Below are positions 1 through 7,671 of a stretch of 40,244 bases of DNA, one piece after another. The notes under the pieces are model-generated. The model was not told where the DNA came from, made no database searches, and was given only the letters and a program-made list of their open reading frames with translations. The position numbers and the translations under genes were made by a program. Source of the DNA: a virus (Duplodnaviria; Caudoviricetes); the IMG/VR virus record IMGVR_UViG_3300020195_000070, positions 1-40,244 of that record; one strand, given 5' to 3'. The first letter of the stretch is position 1. Every line of letters begins with the position of its first letter.

Positions 1-121
1 TAAACTCTGGCTTATCAGTCTTTGAAAAAGAAAAGTATGCCCGTGTTAAAGTACGTTCTAGTTCTTTTCTTATTTCTTTTAGTGCCTCTTCTTTCTGTTC
101 TTCTTTAGTTAGTTTTTTCAT
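1..121 (-). CDS. Hypothetical protein, 5' part only (MKKLTKEEQKEEALKEIRKELERTLTRAYF...), runs off window edge
   Basis: Hand-translated; ATG at 121, 1 nt after the upstream stop; N-terminus nearly identical to ORF 1059..1262. Confidence 0.6.
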   Translation of the reverse strand, partial: MKKLTKEEQKEEALKEIRKELERTLTRAYFSFSKTDKPEF

Positions 122-122
122 A

Positions 123-374
123 TTATTCTTTATCAACTTTTAATGGTTTGTCTAGGAATACGAGGGCTTTCACTAACTCTGACTGATAGGCAAACAATTC
201 TTCCCGCAGTCTTTCTTCAGCTTCTTTTTCGGTAGAGCCAAATGCTGTCATACTCATTTCGCCACCATAACCTAGCCACGAATTATCCCATTGATAATCA
301 AAAACCGCAGTAGCTTCAAAACTCTGATCTCCCTCTTTCTTGTCGTCTGTTATTATAATTTCAATTTGATTCAT
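123..374 (-). CDS. Hypothetical phage protein (83 aa)
   Basis: ORF tightly packed between neighbours in AT-rich array. Confidence 0.7.
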   Translation of the reverse strand: MNQIEIIITDDKKEGDQSFEATAVFDYQWDNSWLGYGGEMSMTAFGSTEKEAEERLREELFAYQSELVKALVFLDKPLKVDKE

Positions 375-376
375 AG

Positions 377-1045
377 TTATTCTTTATCTGTTAATGGGGT
401 GTCTAGTGAGGAGAGCCTAGTGAGAACATCTTGAGAAGTGTGTCCATCCCATTTGTCTGCCAATTCTCGCTCTTCACACTCAAATAAATCCCAATCCTTT
501 AACTCGTAATGGTTACTTATTTGTCCAGTCGGTAGTGTCGCCATAACAATAAACCACCCACCCCCAAAACATTCTTCACCATCACTGTGTTTTTTACTTT
601 TATGAATTTGGTACTTTCCACCACTCGTCCACTCATTGAACAGTACAGCGTTATATATCTTTCGGAACTCGTATAATTCCTTGAATGTATGGTAGCCATC
701 TGATGTATTCTCAGTTACCGCCATCCCCTTCCTCTCTTCTGCTACTGCTTGGTGGATTTTGGTGGCTAGAAATATTTTAAGAACTTCCTTGAACGCAATT
801 TCTGTCTTTTCTGGGTTTCCCAAATGTACTCTTACATCTGCCATATCCAATAAATAACCAAATTTTTCATCAAACTCCTCTAATATTTTTTGTGTGTAGG
901 TCATAGTTATATCTCCACACCCAACTTCCTCAGAACATTCACAGCAAACGGACTTGCCCCCTATGTTGTGCTTATTACAGACACTATGTGTGCCTTCTTC
1001 TCCGTGTTTGAATGGTTTTAGGTCGTTCATAGTTAGTTTTTTCAT
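377..1045 (-). CDS. Phage protein with WDGH-type C-terminal domain
   Basis: Motifs SDGYHTFKELY, GWFIV...GQISNHY, KWDGHT; likely start MKKLT at 1045. Confidence 0.7.
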   Translation of the reverse strand: MKKLTMNDLKPFKHGEEGTHSVCNKHNIGGKSVCCECSEEVGCGDITMTYTQKILEEFDEKFGYLLDMADVRVHLGNPEKTEIAFKEVLKIFLATKIHQAVAEERKGMAVTENTSDGYHTFKELYEFRKIYNAVLFNEWTSGGKYQIHKSKKHSDGEECFGGGWFIVMATLPTGQISNHYELKDWDLFECEERELADKWDGHTSQDVLTRLSSLDTPLTDKE

Positions 1046-1058
1046 ATTATTTTCACCG

Positions 1059-1262
1059 TCATTTTCCTTCAACCAATAATTTTAATATCTTGTTCTTGTT
1101 TGATGCCAAGAGGTCTTTAATAAACTGTTTAACTTCGCTTGGTAAAGTTCCATTTTTGAACTTATCCCATGTGAAGCCAACTATAGACTCTGTGATACAA
1201 AATTCTTTATCAAATGTATCTTCCCATGATTTTTTTTGTTCTTCTTTAGTTAGTTTTTTCAT
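1059..1262 (-). CDS. Hypothetical phage protein (67 aa)
   Basis: ORF starting MKKLTKEEQ; part of AT-rich array. Confidence 0.65.
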   Translation of the reverse strand: MKKLTKEEQKKSWEDTFDKEFCITESIVGFTWDKFKNGTLPSEVKQFIKDLLASNKNKILKLLVEGK

Positions 1263-1277
1263 AGTTTTAGTTCTGGT

Positions 1278-1511
1278 ATTGAATACAGCTAGCCGGTCAC
1301 CACGTAACTACCTAGCCCAGACCTTGCGGTCGCATCTAGGGTTTCTGATCCTTTGTGGTCTTCATTCACTCTCTCGGAACCTATCCGATACCCTCCTGTC
1401 ACTCCGCCTATAGCAACGGTTTGACCATTTTGGATCTGGTGTGACGTTTGCCGGTACTCCGGTGTGGTAGCCGTCGCTGCCGTAAAGGTGACCCGCCTAG
1501 CTGTATTCAAT
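1278..1511 (-). ncRNA. Candidate structured ncRNA (~230 nt) closed by a long terminal stem
   Basis: 15-bp perfect inverted repeat 1278-1292/1497-1511 plus ggtcacc/ggtgacc; several internal stems and a GCAA tetraloop hairpin on the minus strand. Confidence 0.5.
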
Positions 1512-1633
1512 TGTTAAAGTCCAGATGGTCAAGCTCTGTATTCCAAAGCCCAATCATCTGGCGGGTAAGGTGTCCTCTGCGTCGAGGCTGCTTCCTCGTC
1601 TTAATCACCTTACCCACTGATGCTGCTAGTTAG

Positions 1634-2098
1634 TTACAACGGGTTCAACATAGCGTATTCCCCGTGTAATTCCTTGGCCCGTTTGTTGTAGGCTCGGGCG
1701 GCCTCTATCCGGTCTGTAAAGTCACCGATATGCATCTGCTTGCCGTCGTGCTTTATGTGCGCTCTCCAGCGATGGTCTCGTGTGACCCAGTGGACCCCTA
1801 CATACCCTGACCTGTTCGTTCTCAATTTCCGGTGTGCATTGTTCTGGCTGCTCGTGCAAACCCGAAGGTTGCAGCGGCGGTTATCCAGCTTGTCAAAGTT
1901 GATGTGGTCCGTAATGAACCCATCACCCGGCTTTACTATCTCTCGGTGCATGTACCACAGGATGCGTCGGCCTGACTCGTAGTGGCTGTGGCAGGCATAT
2001 CCCGCCTTGCTCTCGTACCATTTCATCTGATTCAACCAGCCGTAATCTTGGTCGTCTACCTTCACATATTCGCCGTTTGATAGTTTGATGCGCTTCAT
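1634..2098 (-). CDS. HNH homing endonuclease with AP2 DNA-binding domain
   Basis: MHREI...DHINFDKLDNRRCNLR followed by SGYVGVHW...WRAHI...AARAYN...LHGEYA. Confidence 0.9.
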   Translation of the reverse strand: MKRIKLSNGEYVKVDDQDYGWLNQMKWYESKAGYACHSHYESGRRILWYMHREIVKPGDGFITDHINFDKLDNRRCNLRVCTSSQNNAHRKLRTNRSGYVGVHWVTRDHRWRAHIKHDGKQMHIGDFTDRIEAARAYNKRAKELHGEYAMLNPL

Positions 2099-2099
2099 G

Positions 2100-2474
2100 T
2101 CAGTTTTTTGGTTGTAAGTCCTCCATAAAGTGATCGGTTATTTCAAACACTTCTTTAAGGCTCACTGTGTCAGAGCGGTCATCGGTCTTCTGTAAAAGGT
2201 CTAGATACCTCAGGGCCATCTCATGGCAGTGCTGTCGCTGAATGCGGCGTTCTCGGTCCACTCTCTCTGCCTGATCTGTTCCATAGGTCCTGGTAGTCAA
2301 GGCGGGGATATAGGCTGAGGTCGTATTCACAGCCCGTTTCTGGTCACCTTCTTTGTAATTACACCAGGCGGTTCCACCTTCACCATCGGGGTAGGAGTGA
2401 GCCCACCAGTCTTTACCGTTTTTATCGAAATGGCGGAAGGGAACGTCATGGATACTGCAATCAATTTGATTCAT
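2100..2474 (-). CDS. Hypothetical phage protein (124 aa)
   Basis: Strong SD GAGGAGGTGA before ATG; packed ORF. Confidence 0.7.
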   Translation of the reverse strand: MNQIDCSIHDVPFRHFDKNGKDWWAHSYPDGEGGTAWCNYKEGDQKRAVNTTSAYIPALTTRTYGTDQAERVDRERRIQRQHCHEMALRYLDLLQKTDDRSDTVSLKEVFEITDHFMEDLQPKN

Positions 2475-2565
2475 CGTTCACCTCCTCTGGTTCTTTTTGC
2501 AAGTGGTCTTCTAAGATGGCGTCGCAGGTCGGACAATCGCACCAGTCAACGTGGTCATTCGTCAT
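2461..2565 (-). CDS. Small Cys-rich peptide (MTNDHVDWCDCPTCDAILEDHLQKEPEEVNDESN)
   Basis: Hand-translated; fills the gap and overlaps both neighbours; CxCxxC motif. Confidence 0.4.
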   Translation of the reverse strand: MTNDHVDWCDCPTCDAILEDHLQKEPEEVNDESN

Positions 2566-2800
2566 GGTTGCTGGTCCTCGCTTCCGCTAATCGGTTCAGG
2601 TCGGTCTCGACTTCGATCAGCGTCCATTCGCTGGCGTCCAGCTCGGCCTTGACGTTGGCGATCTTCTTCTCCAGGTGGCGGGCGATGGTCAGGATGTCTT
2701 CGGTTGAGTAACCGTCACCGTCGTCGATGACCTCGCTATAGAGCTCTTTGTACGCCGCTAATCTGGCGTGAAGGGCAACCGTGTGTTGGGTCATGTTCAT
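2555..2800 (-). CDS. Hypothetical coiled-coil protein
   Basis: ATGA overlap with upstream gene. Confidence 0.65.
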   Translation of the reverse strand: MNMTQHTVALHARLAAYKELYSEVIDDGDGYSTEDILTIARHLEKKIANVKAELDASEWTLIEVETDLNRLAEARTSNHDE

Positions 2801-3036
2801 GCGTTCGCCCTCATTTCGCTGACATACTGGGTGTAGAGGCGGGGACCGCGGGTGTACTTGCCGGTCTTGCGGTCGTGCCAGGGGTTGCGGGTCAGCAGTC
2901 GTCCAGTAATCCGTTGGGTGCCGTAGATCCGGGGTCGGGGAGTGCGGCGACGGCGGGAGTGGCTATTGTTGACAACAAAAGCCATCCCCAGAAAGAGCAG
3001 CATTACCAGGCCGATACCACCGATTAAATCCATCAT
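2797..3036 (-). CDS. Small membrane protein with basic tail
   Basis: N-terminal hydrophobic helix; SD GGAGGTG; ATGA overlap. Confidence 0.65.
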   Translation of the reverse strand: MMDLIGGIGLVMLLFLGMAFVVNNSHSRRRRTPRPRIYGTQRITGRLLTRNPWHDRKTGKYTRGPRLYTQYVSEMRANA

Positions 3037-3203
3037 TTCGACACCTCCACGCAGCGCTCGTAGGCCGCTGAGCTATTCAGCGAGGCGCAGCTATCAACTG
3101 GTAACTGGATGGTCCTGCCTGGCATCGCGATGACGATGATGGTGATGGTGACGATGCCGCAAGTCACAAAACCGAGGATGAAGCCGGCGAGGAAGCGATT
3201 CAC
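3033..3203 (-). CDS. Small membrane protein (56 aa, MNRFLAGFILGFVTCGIVTITIIVIAM...)
   Basis: Hand-translated; GTG start overlapping upstream TGA, SD GGAGG; one TM helix. Confidence 0.65.
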   Translation of the reverse strand: MNRFLAGFILGFVTCGIVTITIIVIAMPGRTIQLPVDSCASLNSSAAYERCVEVSK

Positions 3204-3361
3204 TGATCGCCTCCATTACGGTTGGGGAATTGCGTTGACACGGCTTGCGGGGTGATCCCCAGGATTTCGGCAACTTTAACTTTGGAAAGGCCAAGGATTT
3301 CGAGCAGGTAATAGGCTAACTTATCGCGTTGTTCTCGGTAATGGAGTGCTTGTGATTTCAT
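3200..3361 (-). CDS. Small HTH (Cro-like) regulator, 53 aa
   Basis: Hand-translated: ...GLSKVKVAEILGITPQAVSTQF, a typical HTH pattern; first gene after a promoter. Confidence 0.7.
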   Translation of the reverse strand: MKSQALHYREQRDKLAYYLLEILGLSKVKVAEILGITPQAVSTQFPNRNGGDQ

Positions 3362-3384
3362 ATTCTGTTTCGTTATCTAAAGGT

Positions 3385-3413
3385 ATCTTCTCACAACTAC
3401 TTTCGTTTGTCAA
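3385..3413 (-). promoter_or_regulatory. sigma70-like promoter of early operon
   Basis: TTGACA-17 nt-GAAGAT with TG extension. Confidence 0.5.
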
Positions 3414-3847
3414 GTAGTCCCTTTAGCATTACTTATCTTATTTGATGTATAGATAACGTAGTATGGGAAACCAACTGGGTCTGGGTAATGCGGATTTGGT
3501 AATGGGTCTTTAATCTTGAGAACCTCATCACCCCATTCATTCAACACCACATCACAGGCTTCGAGATTACGTTTCATTATTTCGGCCATTAGTGGTTTGT
3601 TTTTGGTATTGACCGCTTCCCGCATCGCCTGGTAGTCCCGGTAAGCGTCGGTGGTTTTGACCAGGTCGAAGTAGGCATTCCATTCAGCCATTCGATACTC
3701 ATGCTCGCGCGGGGACACCAGAATCGCTGGGCAATTTAGGCCCTTAGCGGTGTATCCCATGCAGCGTCTCTCAGAACGATCGTGGCCCGGTCCCCAGCTA
3801 TGGATGTGTGCCTCACCCCCGACGATGTCACCCAGTCGTTTGGCCAT
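3410..3847 (-). CDS. Hypothetical protein downstream of replication initiator
   Basis: ORF coupled (TAATG) to initiator. Confidence 0.65.
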   Translation of the reverse strand: MAKRLGDIVGGEAHIHSWGPGHDRSERRCMGYTAKGLNCPAILVSPREHEYRMAEWNAYFDLVKTTDAYRDYQAMREAVNTKNKPLMAEIMKRNLEACDVVLNEWGDEVLKIKDPLPNPHYPDPVGFPYYVIYTSNKISNAKGTT

Positions 3848-4575
3848 TACCGGCCGCCTTTCTCTAACCAGGACGCCAGTGTGGCCATATCCCAGGCATG
3901 GGGTCCGAAACGCCTCTCAATTCCCTTAATAGCGGCGTCCATCTGGTCGAAGCCGTACCCAGCTCGGAGGATCTTATGTAAGAAGGAGAACTGCTTGGAA
4001 CGGTTAATGAAGTCCTGCTTCCGTTGGGTTTGGACATCACCCAGGTACTCGACACACTCCATGTGTCCGTTGCCGTACTTCTCCCTTAGAGGAGAACCGT
4101 TAAGAAGCGGGCAAGCGAGTTGCTTCTTAGCAACTCCGCCTATCTCTTTAGAGATAGTTTTTGTATTAGTTTCTTTTGTGTGTTCGCTTTCCGAAGTTCG
4201 CTTTCCGAACTGGTTGGGGGTAACTAGTTCGCTTTCCATACTAGTTACAAAACGATAATAGAGCTTCTTTCCACGCCTATCTTCCTTTCCATGCAGGGAA
4301 CGGCCCTTTTCGTCTCGGATATCAATGAGTCGGTTGTCTTCAAGCTCTCGTAACGCTTTGGAAACGGCTGCTCGTTCGCGGCCGCTGAATTCCATGAGCT
4401 GTGAGTAAGCTATCCAATCCTCTTTCTTGCGCATTCCAGTTTCCGGATCAAGTATCCAACCGTAGGTTTTCCGGACGATAATCATTGAGATTTTGAAGGC
4501 CGTGTCGGTGAGCTTGCGCATGTACCTGTCTATCAAGACATTCGGGACTGGAGTCGTATTAGGTATGTTGGACAT
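3847..4575 (-). CDS. Phage replication initiator (lambda O-like N-terminal winged-helix)
   Basis: TPVPNVLID...IVRKTYGW...KKEDWIAYSQL...VSKALREL pattern; internal iteron-like repeats. Confidence 0.8.
   Translation of the reverse strand: MSNIPNTTPVPNVLIDRYMRKLTDTAFKISMIIVRKTYGWILDPETGMRKKEDWIAYSQLMEFSGRERAAVSKALRELEDNRLIDIRDEKGRSLHGKEDRRGKKLYYRFVTSMESELVTPNQFGKRTSESEHTKETNTKTISKEIGGVAKKQLACPLLNGSPLREKYGNGHMECVEYLGDVQTQRKQDFINRSKQFSFLHKILRAGYGFDQMDAAIKGIERRFGPHAWDMATLASWLEKGGR
4182..4237. repeat. Three 11-bp repeats gttcgctttcc (putative iterons/origin)
   Basis: Copies at 4182-4192, 4196-4206, 4227-4237 inside the initiator gene. Confidence 0.7.
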
Positions 4576-4581
4576 GTACTA

Positions 4582-4610
4582 GTTGTATCATTTGGCAGAC
4601 AACTTATCAA
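4582..4610 (-). promoter_or_regulatory. Promoter for initiator, probably leaderless mRNA
   Basis: TTGATA-17 nt-TACAAC with TG extension; ATG ~7 nt downstream, no SD. Confidence 0.45.
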
Positions 4611-4649
4611 TTGGGACGATATATATCAAAGAGTATCGATGATCGCTGG

Positions 4650-5114
4650 TTATCGGATAGCTCCAAGCTGTTGGGTCACGTGGTTCTCATGAACCGCAAA
4701 GCAAACCCGGTTGAAGACCGGCTTGACGAGGTTGGCCTGGTGGGTGGGCGACTGGTCCCAGGCGTCCATGACCTCCGCGGTGGTGCGGTAGTTGCGGGCC
4801 AGGTTCTCGCCGGCCACGACGTAAGTGGGGTGGCGTTCAAAGAAGGCGTTCGTCTTGGCGAGGTAGCCGTTGTGGTTCCACTCGGTCAGGATCTCGCGCA
4901 CCCGGATTTCGGCCAGCGGGCAGAGCGTGTCATCCCACAGCACGGGTTGCAGGTCATGGGCCCGGCGATACTGGTTAAAGGCCTGATAGAGGTTCTCAGT
5001 GGTGATCGGCTCTGCGGTCGCGACGATCGGGGTTGGAGGTGCTGAAACCGGCGCAGCTGGAGCGTTCTGGAAGAAGGTGAAGATAGCGATGATAGCCAGC
5101 AATACTTCGAACAT
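4650..5114 (-). CDS. Secreted CAP/SCP-domain protein
   Basis: Signal/TM helix; NQYRRAHDL...GENLA...WDQSPTHQANL. Confidence 0.85.
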   Translation of the reverse strand: MFEVLLAIIAIFTFFQNAPAAPVSAPPTPIVATAEPITTENLYQAFNQYRRAHDLQPVLWDDTLCPLAEIRVREILTEWNHNGYLAKTNAFFERHPTYVVAGENLARNYRTTAEVMDAWDQSPTHQANLVKPVFNRVCFAVHENHVTQQLGAIR

Positions 5115-5225
5115 AAAAAAACCGCCTCGGTGTCTAGCCCGAAGCGGTTCGTTTACAACTAAATTCTGTAAACCTGCCTAGACACAGATTAACCGCATTA
5201 TCTCGCTAACTGGGTTGCTTGTCAA
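5115..5225 (-). promoter_or_regulatory. Promoter plus structured leader/attenuator ending in an intrinsic terminator
   Basis: TTGACA-17-GATAAT; stem AACCGCTTCGG/CCGAGGCGGTT followed by T7; loop complementary to the 5' leader. Confidence 0.65.
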
Positions 5226-5430
5226 TGTCCGGTTTCATTAGGAACATCTCGCGTCTTCGACAACGTTCGATCGTTTCGGAGTGGATGATGTCGAGTTTGG
5301 GCATCACCTTCGTAGGCCAGTAAATCCGTTCGAGCCGGCCTGGAAAGGCGGGAACGGCCACACAGCGGCTCCGGTTTTCCGGCATACACAGGTCGCAGCG
5401 GGTAAGTTTAGAAGGGGATGTCTCCATCAT
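5206..5430 (-). CDS. Hypothetical protein (74 aa)
   Basis: ATGA overlap with upstream gene. Confidence 0.5.
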   Translation of the reverse strand: MMETSPSKLTRCDLCMPENRSRCVAVPAFPGRLERIYWPTKVMPKLDIIHSETIERCRRREMFLMKPDIDKQPS

Positions 5431-5798
5431 TTCCGGCTCCCGTTTCGCTTGGCGTTAAGAACCGTGCGGACAACTGCTCCAATTGAATGCGCGAATACCT
5501 CGTCGTTATTCTTGTCTGCCTGAAGCTTGTCGAAGATGTTATTGATGGCGTGATGGGCTTCGTGAGCTAGAGTTCCAATTTCGCTCGGTGTGGTTGGGAA
5601 TCGGGGCAGCACTATCACCGGATGGCAGGTGTCCGCGTAGAAGCACACGCCACGACGACTATCCAGGTCACTCTGCTCAGCTAGTTTTTCGTAGCCCCAG
5701 GACTTCATTAGTTGACGCGCCTTCTTCAGGTCACCCCAAGCAACGATGACTTGGTACTCATTATTGAAAATGGGTACTACCACACTACTTTTCATCAA
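5427..5798 (-). CDS. Putative HExxH metallopeptidase-like phage protein
   Basis: TLAHEAHH...DEVFA motif. Confidence 0.65.
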   Translation of the reverse strand: MMKSSVVVPIFNNEYQVIVAWGDLKKARQLMKSWGYEKLAEQSDLDSRRGVCFYADTCHPVIVLPRFPTTPSEIGTLAHEAHHAINNIFDKLQADKNNDEVFAHSIGAVVRTVLNAKRNGSRK

Positions 5799-5804
5799 TG
5801 TTTA

Positions 5805-6155
5805 TTAGAAGGGGATGTCTCCATCGGTGGTTGGTTGGTGTGGGGTGAATTCAGTGGTACAGCGGCGGAGTAGCTCGTCATGGCCTAGGTCCAGCCCGTA
5901 GTCCAGACCCTGGAGGCGAAAGCTCAGGGCAAAGCGTTCAAACATCGGCTCGATCATTTCCATTGGTAGCCTGGCCATATACCCCTCGGCGGTCGTGGCG
6001 GTAAACAGCAAGTGGGTGGCCTGCGGCATCTCACGTATCACCCTGGCCGCCTCACTGAACATGTAATGCTCCTGGTCATGGAAGCGCTGGAACCGGTCAA
6101 CAAACCGCATCTGCTCACCGGATTGAAATCGGGGTCTCACATCTCGCTCGTTCAT
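5805..6155 (-). CDS. Hypothetical protein with DIPF C-terminus
   Basis: ORF ends in acidic DGDIPF tail. Confidence 0.6.
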   Translation of the reverse strand: MNERDVRPRFQSGEQMRFVDRFQRFHDQEHYMFSEAARVIREMPQATHLLFTATTAEGYMARLPMEMIEPMFERFALSFRLQGLDYGLDLGHDELLRRCTTEFTPHQPTTDGDIPF

Positions 6156-6379
6156 CGGCCGTCCCTTGGGATACGCCGCATTGAGCGTCTAATCAGTACG
6201 GTAATGGGCTTCTTGGCGAGGACCTCGGGGTCTCTGGTCTGACGTCGGACCTCCCGCCAATACTCAGATCGGGCTTGGTGATGAGGGGTATTCGAATAGT
6301 GGCCGTTATTCTCCGGCGTCTCTTTGCTGGCCATAATGGTAGGTAGGAGAACAACGGGAACTGCCCGAACCCGCGCCAT
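6152..6379 (-). CDS. Hypothetical protein (75 aa)
   Basis: SD AGGAG; ATGA overlap with next gene. Confidence 0.45.
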   Translation of the reverse strand: MARVRAVPVVLLPTIMASKETPENNGHYSNTPHHQARSEYWREVRRQTRDPEVLAKKPITVLIRRSMRRIPRDGR

Positions 6380-6410
6380 CTACTGGCGCTCCTGCCCACC
6401 ACCACGGTCA

Positions 6411-6578
6411 TCACTTTCGTGAGACCGCTCCACGCAACGTGACGAGTCCAGCCGGGGCGAGGACTGACACCACTGCGATGAATGTCTCGTTATCGATGTA
6501 GTGCAGATTACGCAGCACACCAGCCACGAGCATAAGTCCCGCTAATACGTAGGTTTTATATCCTTCAAATTTTTCTAT
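6411..6578 (-). CDS. Holin-like small membrane protein (55 aa), apparent ATA start
   Basis: Hand-translated (I/M)EKFEGYKTYVLAGLMLVAGVLRNLHYIDNETFIAVVSVLAPAGLVTLRGAVSRK; two hydrophobic segments; in lysis cassette. Confidence 0.6.
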   Translation of the reverse strand: MEKFEGYKTYVLAGLMLVAGVLRNLHYIDNETFIAVVSVLAPAGLVTLRGAVSRK

Positions 6579-6584
6579 ATGAGT

Positions 6585-6899
6585 TCACCCGCCTTTCAGG
6601 AAGTGCTTCTTCCACCAATGTTCTTTCTTTACCTGATCAAGTGTGTCAGTAATTGGCTTGACGGCATCGGCGACCTTATCGCCGGTCTTCGCCGGCACCC
6701 GATCGACCTTGTTCTGTAACTGCGCCAGTTCGGCTTCCAGTGATCCGACCCGCATCATCAGCTCGGCCTGACCCTTTTGCAGGTCGCGTAACCCACTGAC
6801 CACCTCATCGTGATCCTTGCCCGATTCGTTATCGAAGCGGTCGAGGGTCTTCTGCATCGTCGTATTCTGGTCGCGGATGACCGCCAATTCGTCATCCAT
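6585..6899 (-). CDS. Coiled-coil protein in lysis cassette
   Basis: Heptad-rich ORF directly after the endolysin. Confidence 0.7.
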   Translation of the reverse strand: MDDELAVIRDQNTTMQKTLDRFDNESGKDHDEVVSGLRDLQKGQAELMMRVGSLEAELAQLQNKVDRVPAKTGDKVADAVKPITDTLDQVKKEHWWKKHFLKGG

Positions 6900-6901
6900 T
6901 A

Positions 6902-7651
6902 CTATGAGAACTTCCTTTTCAGATAGTCAATAAAGCTGGTCAGGAAAGGGGGCAATTCCACCGTCTCGGTTACAGGGTCATCTTTTGGGGTCGGGACCGC
7001 TGTAGGGGTGGTTTTGGGCGAATTGAGCGCACTGTTGAGGCAGGACGTCAGGTCGCGTTTCAGGTCATTCAGGGTCGAGCGAATTGCCTGGACCTCCATC
7101 TCACCCCAGGGCTCACCAAGCGGCACCTTGGTTTGGTCGGTGAAGGAGAAGACCGGCGTCTGGGGCGAGGGCGTCGTGGTTTCTTTGGCTTTCCACTTGA
7201 CCAGCTTGGGGTTGAGAATATTCAGGAAACCCTGGTAGCCGTTGCTGAGGTTGGTCCGGTTGCCGAAGCTGTCGGTTTCGACGAGGTTGACGTGGAGGTG
7301 GGGGCCGGTTGAGTTGCCGGTGTTGCCGGTCAGCCCGATCACCTGGCCGCACTGAACGCGCTCGCCATACGAGACGCGGTTACTCGCGAGGTGGCAATAC
7401 CAGACCGCGCACTTTTGGGTCGGGTCCCAGATGACCAGGTGGGTTCCGTAGGCCCCGGACTTCGGGTTGTCGGTGTCGCGCAGGATGACGCCATCAAAGG
7501 GAGCCAGCACCGGCACGCCAACGGGAGTGGCGTAATCGACGCCTTCATGGCCGGCTAAACCGAATTGCTTATAAAAGGCGGCGTTGACACCGTACTGTTG
7601 TGAAACCCGAAAATCGCCAATAAATAGGTCGCTCAAGGTATACATTGGCAT
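6902..7651 (-). CDS. M23 family peptidase (endolysin)
   Basis: HEGVD, YCHL, GNTGNSTGPHLH motifs. Confidence 0.9.
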   Translation of the reverse strand: MPMYTLSDLFIGDFRVSQQYGVNAAFYKQFGLAGHEGVDYATPVGVPVLAPFDGVILRDTDNPKSGAYGTHLVIWDPTQKCAVWYCHLASNRVSYGERVQCGQVIGLTGNTGNSTGPHLHVNLVETDSFGNRTNLSNGYQGFLNILNPKLVKWKAKETTTPSPQTPVFSFTDQTKVPLGEPWGEMEVQAIRSTLNDLKRDLTSCLNSALNSPKTTPTAVPTPKDDPVTETVELPPFLTSFIDYLKRKFS

Positions 7652-7671
7652 AAAGTCGTTACATTATAGCA

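Larger units (their letters stand above)
96..1263. repeat. 27-bp direct repeat tgttcttctttagttagttttttcata at 96-122 and 1237-1263 (partial third copy ~1030-1046)
   Basis: Exact match read from the sequence; covers gene 5' ends. Confidence 0.85.

Noticed and set aside
33-55. Plus-strand KYARVK resembling the missing integrase YARVS motif
   Set aside because: No serine, lies antisense to a coding gene and has no start context; likely chance
1289-1510. 73-aa ORF
   Set aside because: TTG start and stop both fall within the arms of the inverted repeat; RNA structure explains the region better, though coding is not excluded
1583-1600. GGAAGCAG resembling the SRP RNA domain IV motif (minus strand)
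   Set aside because: Lacks the paired CAGG/GNRA helix-8 context
3094-3294. 66-aa ORF with a His-rich run
   Set aside because: Alternative frame of two better ORFs (HTH 3200..3361 and TM 3033..3203) that have proper SD sites or overlaps
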